A DNA stretch of 20,670 nucleotides from a candidate division WOR-3 bacterium (lineage in GTDB: Bacteria > Hydrothermota > Tepidihabitantia > Tepidihabitantales > Tepidihabitantaceae). The notes beneath the pieces were generated by a model. The model searched no databases and was not told the origin of the DNA. It was given only the letters and a program-made list of their open reading frames with translations. Position 1 is the stretch's first letter; the number at the start of each line of letters is the position of its first letter. The position numbers and the translations under genes are program-made. Where the stretch lies: NCBI GenBank assembly GCA_965648935.1, contig CBFGIY010000042.1, positions 1-20,670 on the forward strand, read 5' to 3'. Shown in pieces: positions 16,437 to 20,670 of the stretch.

Positions 16437-16556
16437 GCAGACTCCTTTCTTGTCTGGCCGTCAACTGCCGGCCGACCGCTCCGCGGCCGGACCTGACGGA
16501 TGATTGTATGCTCCTGTACCTGCCACTTCGGCAGACGGACTGCCGCGACAACGTGA

Positions 16557-16584
16557 ATACTATGCCCGCCGGCCGACAAGTCAA
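16557..16584 (-). promoter_or_regulatory. sigma70-type promoter for hppA
   Basis: TTGACT (16584-16579), 16-nt spacer, TAGTAT (16562-16557). Confidence 0.7.
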
Positions 16585-16616
16585 TGTCCTTCTTCGGAGC
16601 TCGTCGAGCCGCCGGT

Positions 16617-16645
16617 TTGACACCCATCGCCGCACAAGCTATGCT
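16617..16645 (+). promoter_or_regulatory. sigma70-type promoter for the divergent secreted protein
   Basis: TTGACA (16617-16622), 17-nt spacer, TATGCT (16640-16645); back-to-back with the hppA promoter. Confidence 0.72.
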
Positions 16646-16719
16646 TTGATGGCCTGCCCCGGTCCGGCGCGGTTTGGCCACGGTGCGAGGTTCTGACCAT
16701 AACGTGCTAAGGAGGTTCG

Positions 16720-19700
16720 ATGCGACACTCGAGGTCATTGCTGTTGCTGGCGCTCGTTCCGGCCGTAACTCTCGCCGGCGCAGTGGATTCGCTCTGGCTG
16801 CGGCTGTATAGCGGCCCGGGCGCGAACCAGTTCAACCAGGCTGCCGCGGTGCATCACGACACAATCGGCGGTTTCATATACGTCTGCGGCGCGGGCGAGA
16901 ACGACACGTGGCCCGGCGTGACGAACATGCTCACGGCCAAGTACACCGACTCGGGCCAGTTCCTCTGGAGCATGTCCTACGGCGGCAACACCGGCAGCCA
17001 GGACGATATGGCCCACGCGATCGCCGTCGACGCGGCGGGCTTCGTCTACGTTACCGGCCTGACGCGCAATACCGCGCCCCGCGGTTACGACATCAGCTAC
17101 CTGAAGTACAGCCCTGCCGGGCAACAGGTCTGGGGACGCAAGACGATGTGGCCGGGCGACGACGCCGCATACGACATGGCCTTCGGGCCCGACGGCTTCC
17201 TCTACATGTGCGGGACAGAGAACCGCAATACCGCGCTGCCCACGGGCTTCCTGCTGATGAAAGTCGACCCGGCCAACGGCGACACGGTCTGGACCCGTTC
17301 CTACATCCTTGACTCGACCGCGTTCCGCGCGGTGCGCGGCGTGCGCGACTTCCACCCGGGCTTCTACGACGACTTCAACTCGTGGGACAACTGCGCCACA
17401 GCCCTCGCGTTCGCCCCCAACGGCGACATCGTCGTCACGGGTTTCGGCCTTGACTATGTCAACGAACTCGAGCTTGAGACGTGGACGATGCGGTTCTCGG
17501 CCGACGGCACACGCCAGTGGAATGTCACGTATCATAACCCGACAACCATCTACCACGACGACGATGCCGGCTTTGACGTCGCTGTCGCCCAGACCGGAGA
17601 TGTCTACGTCGCCGGGTTCGACTACTTTGAAACCGGGGCAAGCGACCAGGCCTACAACTTCAGCGTACAGCGCTACGATGGCGCGGGAATCCTGCTGAAC
17701 TGGCGCAGCATCAATGTCGGGAGCGAGGACGGCGACGACTTCGCCGCCGCGCTGGTGCTGGACGACTCGACCCCGCAGAACATCTACGTCACCGGGATGC
17801 TGGCCTATCCCGGCCCGCTCAACGACGAGATGGTGACCTTCAAGTTCGGGCCGGATCTGAGCTACCGCTGGGGTGCGGCCGGCGCGCTGTTTGGCGGCCC
17901 GAGCGACGATGTCGGCTTCGCCATCGCCTACCGCCAGGGCCGTGTCGTCGTCACCGGCCGGCGCGGTCTGGACCTCGCCGTGGTCGGCTATTCCGCAAAC
18001 AACGTCCTGCCCAAAGACACGCTCTGGACCTGGACCTGGAACTCGCCCCAGAACCTGGAGGCCTACGGAGCCGCGGTGGCCGTGAAGGACTCCTCGACCA
18101 TCATTGTGGCCGGCCAGGCCCAGCGCGGCACCCTGCCTGACTGGACCAGCATGGTGCTGACCCGTCTGTTCTACTCAAGACTCGACCTCACGCTGTCGCG
18201 GCTCTACGAACCGGGCTCAACCGTGCGCTTCGGCGACACCGTCAGGCCGCGGGCCCAGGTCAAGAACCTCGGCAACTCCGCGGTGCTCTACCGCGCTTTC
18301 CTGCGCATCGGGACTCAGTACCGGGATACCTTCGTGGCCGTGAACCGGCTCGCGCCGGGCGACTCGGCAGACATCGCATTCCGCGACTGGATCGCCCTTG
18401 AAGGCGGCGCGCTCGCGGCCCGGTGCTCGGTGGCGCTGGACGGCGACGTCAACCCCGCCAACAACTTCATCAGCCGCACGGTCACGGTGGACCTGCGCGA
18501 CGCCGGCGTGCGGCGCATCATCGCCCCGTTCGGCGACGTGCCACTCGGCACCAGGGTCCGCCCGCTGGCCGTGGTTTTCAACAACGGCTCGACCCAGGTG
18601 AGCTTCGACACCAGACTGACGATCGGCGACGGCTATTCCGATGTCGTCCGGGTCATCCTCTCCCCCGGCGACAGCACCATTGTTTCGTTCGCCGACTGGT
18701 TCGCCCCGCGCGGCGGCACCTGGCCGGTCACCTGCTGGACAGAGCTGTCCGGCGACCAGAACCCTGCAAACGACACGGCCCGCGGCCAGGTGCGCGTGAC
18801 GTCCGACGACGTCGGCCCGACCGCGATAGTCGCGCCGGCCGGGCTCATCGACTCCGGCACCGTGGTCCAACCCGAAGCCACGGTGTACAACTTCGGCAGT
18901 TTCCCGGCGACGTTCGAGAGCAAGTTCGTCATCGAGCCCTTCTACAACCAGACGATGTGGACCGACAATCTCGAACCAGGCGAATCCACTCGAGTCGTCT
19001 TCCCCGGCTTCCTCGCCGACCGGCCTGGCAACTGGCGCGCCAAGTGCCAGACCCTGCTGGTGGGCGACCAGAACCCGGCCAACGACACCCTCGGCGTCAG
19101 CTTCGCGATACGCGGCAGCGGGCCGGGTGACGACGTCGGCGTGACGGCGATCATCGCGCCGGGCTCGCGCGTCGACTCGGGCTCGGCGGTCATCCCGCGC
19201 GTGACCGTACGCAACTTCGCCTCCCTGCCGGTCGAAACGCCGGTGCACTTCCGCATCTACCGACGAACCGGGATGCTGGCCGCCGGCGGCTTCGCCAAGT
19301 CGGCCATCGCCGACCGGTCTGGCTCACCCGGCGATCCCGCAGTCACTTCTTTCGAGCGCGTCTATGCCGACTCCGCCCTCGTCGCCGTGGAGCCGAACGA
19401 CGAAGTCGATGTCGACTTCGCGCTCTGGTTTGCCGCGCCGGCCGAGACCCTGCGCCTTGAAGCGTTCACCGCCCTGCTCACCGACGAGAACCCGGCCAAC
19501 GACTCGCAGTTCGGCCTGACCGTGGTCGTGGCCCCGTCGCAGACGCGCGACGTCGGCGCGGTCGCCATCGTCGTCCCGCCCGACACCGTCGACTCCGGCA
19601 CCGTGGTCCAGCCGACCCTGCGCGTGAAGAACTTCGGCACCCAGACCGAGAACTTCACGGTGCGCTTCGCGATCGACGACGGCTACTTCGATGAAACCGA

Positions 19701-20670
19701 CATCGTGCTCGGACCGGGCGCTACCACCGACGTCACCTTCCAGCCGTGGCAGGCCGCCCAGACCGGCTCGTTCGCCAAGCGCGGCTGGACCGCGCTCGAC
19801 GGCGACCAGAACCCGGCCAACGACACCCTCGCCGGCACCGTGCTCGTGCGCGGCGGCTCGCCCGGCCTGCGCGACGTCGGCGCGGTCGCCATCGTCGTCC
19901 CGCCCGACACCGTCGACTCCGGCACCGTGCTGCGCCCGACTCTGCGCGTCAGGAACTTCGGCACGGAGACCGAGGTGTTCCGCGTGCGCTTCGAAATCGG
20001 CGACGGGTACTCGAATGAAGCCAGCATCGTCCTCCCGGCCGGCGCGTCCACCGATGTCGTGTTCGACGACTGGCAGGCCACGCGCACCGGTTCGTTCGCC
20101 AAACGCGGCTGGACCGAGCTCGACGGCGACGAGAACCCGGCCAACGACACCCTCGCCGGCACCGTGCTCGTGCGCGGCGGCTCGCCCGGCCTGCGCGACG
20201 TCGGCGCGATCGCAATCGTCGAACCGCCCGACACGGTCCGGGTCGGCCGCGCGGTCCGGCCGACGCTCCGCGTCAAGAACTACGGGACAGAAACCGAAGC
20301 GTTCCGAGCTGTATTCGAAATCGACGACGGCTACCGTTCAGAGACCGAGATCGTCCTTCCTGCCGGCGCCACCTCTGACGTGACTTTCGATTCCTGGGAC
20401 CCGCAGACGCCCGGCACTTACCGCGTTCTTGGCTGGACCGAGCTCGACGGCGACGAGAACCCGGCCAACGACACCGCCCGCGGCCGCGTGACCGTCGTCG
20501 CTGTTGCGATCGCCGAGCCCGCGCCACCATCAGCGGTCGCCATCACGGGCATCAGGCCGAACCCGACCGCGGGACGCGCCGTGGTCAGCTTCGCTCTGCC
20601 CGCGGCATCAGCGGTAAAGCTCGCGGTTTACGACGCGTCCGGCGCACTCGTGCGCGGTCTCGCGGCCGGC
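16720..20670 (+). CDS. Large secreted protein: SBBP-type beta-propeller + seven CARDB-like Ig domains + FlgD/T9SS-type C-terminal domain (3' partial)
   Basis: Not in the ORF track because it has no stop in the window. AAGGAGG RBS, ATG 16720, MRHSRSLLLLALVPAVTLAGA signal peptide; repeats such as AIAVDAAGFVYVTG and VAVAQTGDVYVAG; seven D(V/A/L)..NxG..NPAN(D/N) units; ends IRPNPTAGRAVVSFALP..LAVYDASGALVRGL; frame open for 1317 codons. Confidence 0.92.
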   Translation, partial: MRHSRSLLLLALVPAVTLAGAVDSLWLRLYSGPGANQFNQAAAVHHDTIGGFIYVCGAGENDTWPGVTNMLTAKYTDSGQFLWSMSYGGNTGSQDDMAHAIAVDAAGFVYVTGLTRNTAPRGYDISYLKYSPAGQQVWGRKTMWPGDDAAYDMAFGPDGFLYMCGTENRNTALPTGFLLMKVDPANGDTVWTRSYILDSTAFRAVRGVRDFHPGFYDDFNSWDNCATALAFAPNGDIVVTGFGLDYVNELELETWTMRFSADGTRQWNVTYHNPTTIYHDDDAGFDVAVAQTGDVYVAGFDYFETGASDQAYNFSVQRYDGAGILLNWRSINVGSEDGDDFAAALVLDDSTPQNIYVTGMLAYPGPLNDEMVTFKFGPDLSYRWGAAGALFGGPSDDVGFAIAYRQGRVVVTGRRGLDLAVVGYSANNVLPKDTLWTWTWNSPQNLEAYGAAVAVKDSSTIIVAGQAQRGTLPDWTSMVLTRLFYSRLDLTLSRLYEPGSTVRFGDTVRPRAQVKNLGNSAVLYRAFLRIGTQYRDTFVAVNRLAPGDSADIAFRDWIALEGGALAARCSVALDGDVNPANNFISRTVTVDLRDAGVRRIIAPFGDVPLGTRVRPLAVVFNNGSTQVSFDTRLTIGDGYSDVVRVILSPGDSTIVSFADWFAPRGGTWPVTCWTELSGDQNPANDTARGQVRVTSDDVGPTAIVAPAGLIDSGTVVQPEATVYNFGSFPATFESKFVIEPFYNQTMWTDNLEPGESTRVVFPGFLADRPGNWRAKCQTLLVGDQNPANDTLGVSFAIRGSGPGDDVGVTAIIAPGSRVDSGSAVIPRVTVRNFASLPVETPVHFRIYRRTGMLAAGGFAKSAIADRSGSPGDPAVTSFERVYADSALVAVEPNDEVDVDFALWFAAPAETLRLEAFTALLTDENPANDSQFGLTVVVAPSQTRDVGAVAIVVPPDTVDSGTVVQPTLRVKNFGTQTENFTVRFAIDDGYFDETDIVLGPGATTDVTFQPWQAAQTGSFAKRGWTALDGDQNPANDTLAGTVLVRGGSPGLRDVGAVAIVVPPDTVDSGTVLRPTLRVRNFGTETEVFRVRFEIGDGYSNEASIVLPAGASTDVVFDDWQATRTGSFAKRGWTELDGDENPANDTLAGTVLVRGGSPGLRDVGAIAIVEPPDTVRVGRAVRPTLRVKNYGTETEAFRAVFEIDDGYRSETEIVLPAGATSDVTFDSWDPQTPGTYRVLGWTELDGDENPANDTARGRVTVVAVAIAEPAPPSAVAITGIRPNPTAGRAVVSFALPAASAVKLAVYDASGALVRGLAAG
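18184..20499 (+). repeat. Seven tandem CARDB-like coding repeats; the last three start 324 bp apart
   Basis: Unit starts at 18184, 18499, 18808, 19132, 19549, 19873, 20197. Units 5-7 share long identical DNA, e.g. 19546-19605 = 19870-19929. Confidence 0.88.

Noticed and set aside
16433..16738. 101-aa minus-strand ORF upstream of hppA
   Set aside because: It spans both divergent promoters and overlaps the start of the plus-strand gene; no protein-like features.
19546..20499. Repeats as a CRISPR array or DGR template/variable pair
   Set aside because: They are in-frame 324-bp coding units, mismatches are not adenine-specific, and there is no cas or reverse transcriptase gene in the window.
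16735..20530. Minus-strand and short alternative-frame ORFs listed in the track
   Set aside because: They overlap the real plus-strand gene starting at 16720, which has an RBS, signal peptide and recognisable repeats.

Overview
High-GC bacterial DNA; the protein repertoire suggests a diderm of the FCB/WOR-3 neighbourhood (inference). The minus strand carries a K+-dependent membrane pyrophosphatase (hppA) with the Na+,H+-PPase signature. Below it is a tightly coupled 9-gene, ~14 kb operon behind a TTGACA-N16-TAGAAT promoter: poly-gamma-glutamate (PGA) genes pgsB-pgsC-pgsW, an unknown secreted two-domain protein, a probable outer-membrane beta-barrel, an LVIVD-repeat lipoprotein, a gingipain-like C25 protein, a YCF48/BNR beta-propeller and a second C25 protein. 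A selenocysteine tRNA (selC) with its own promoter follows. The plus strand carries a divergent, >1317 aa secreted beta-propeller + 7x CARDB-like protein that runs off the window and is missing from the ORF track. The best candidate for an undescribed system is the operon: PGA synthesis without capA/capD/capE, coupled to putative outer-membrane export parts and two C25 proteins that keep the catalytic Cys but have lost the catalytic His.
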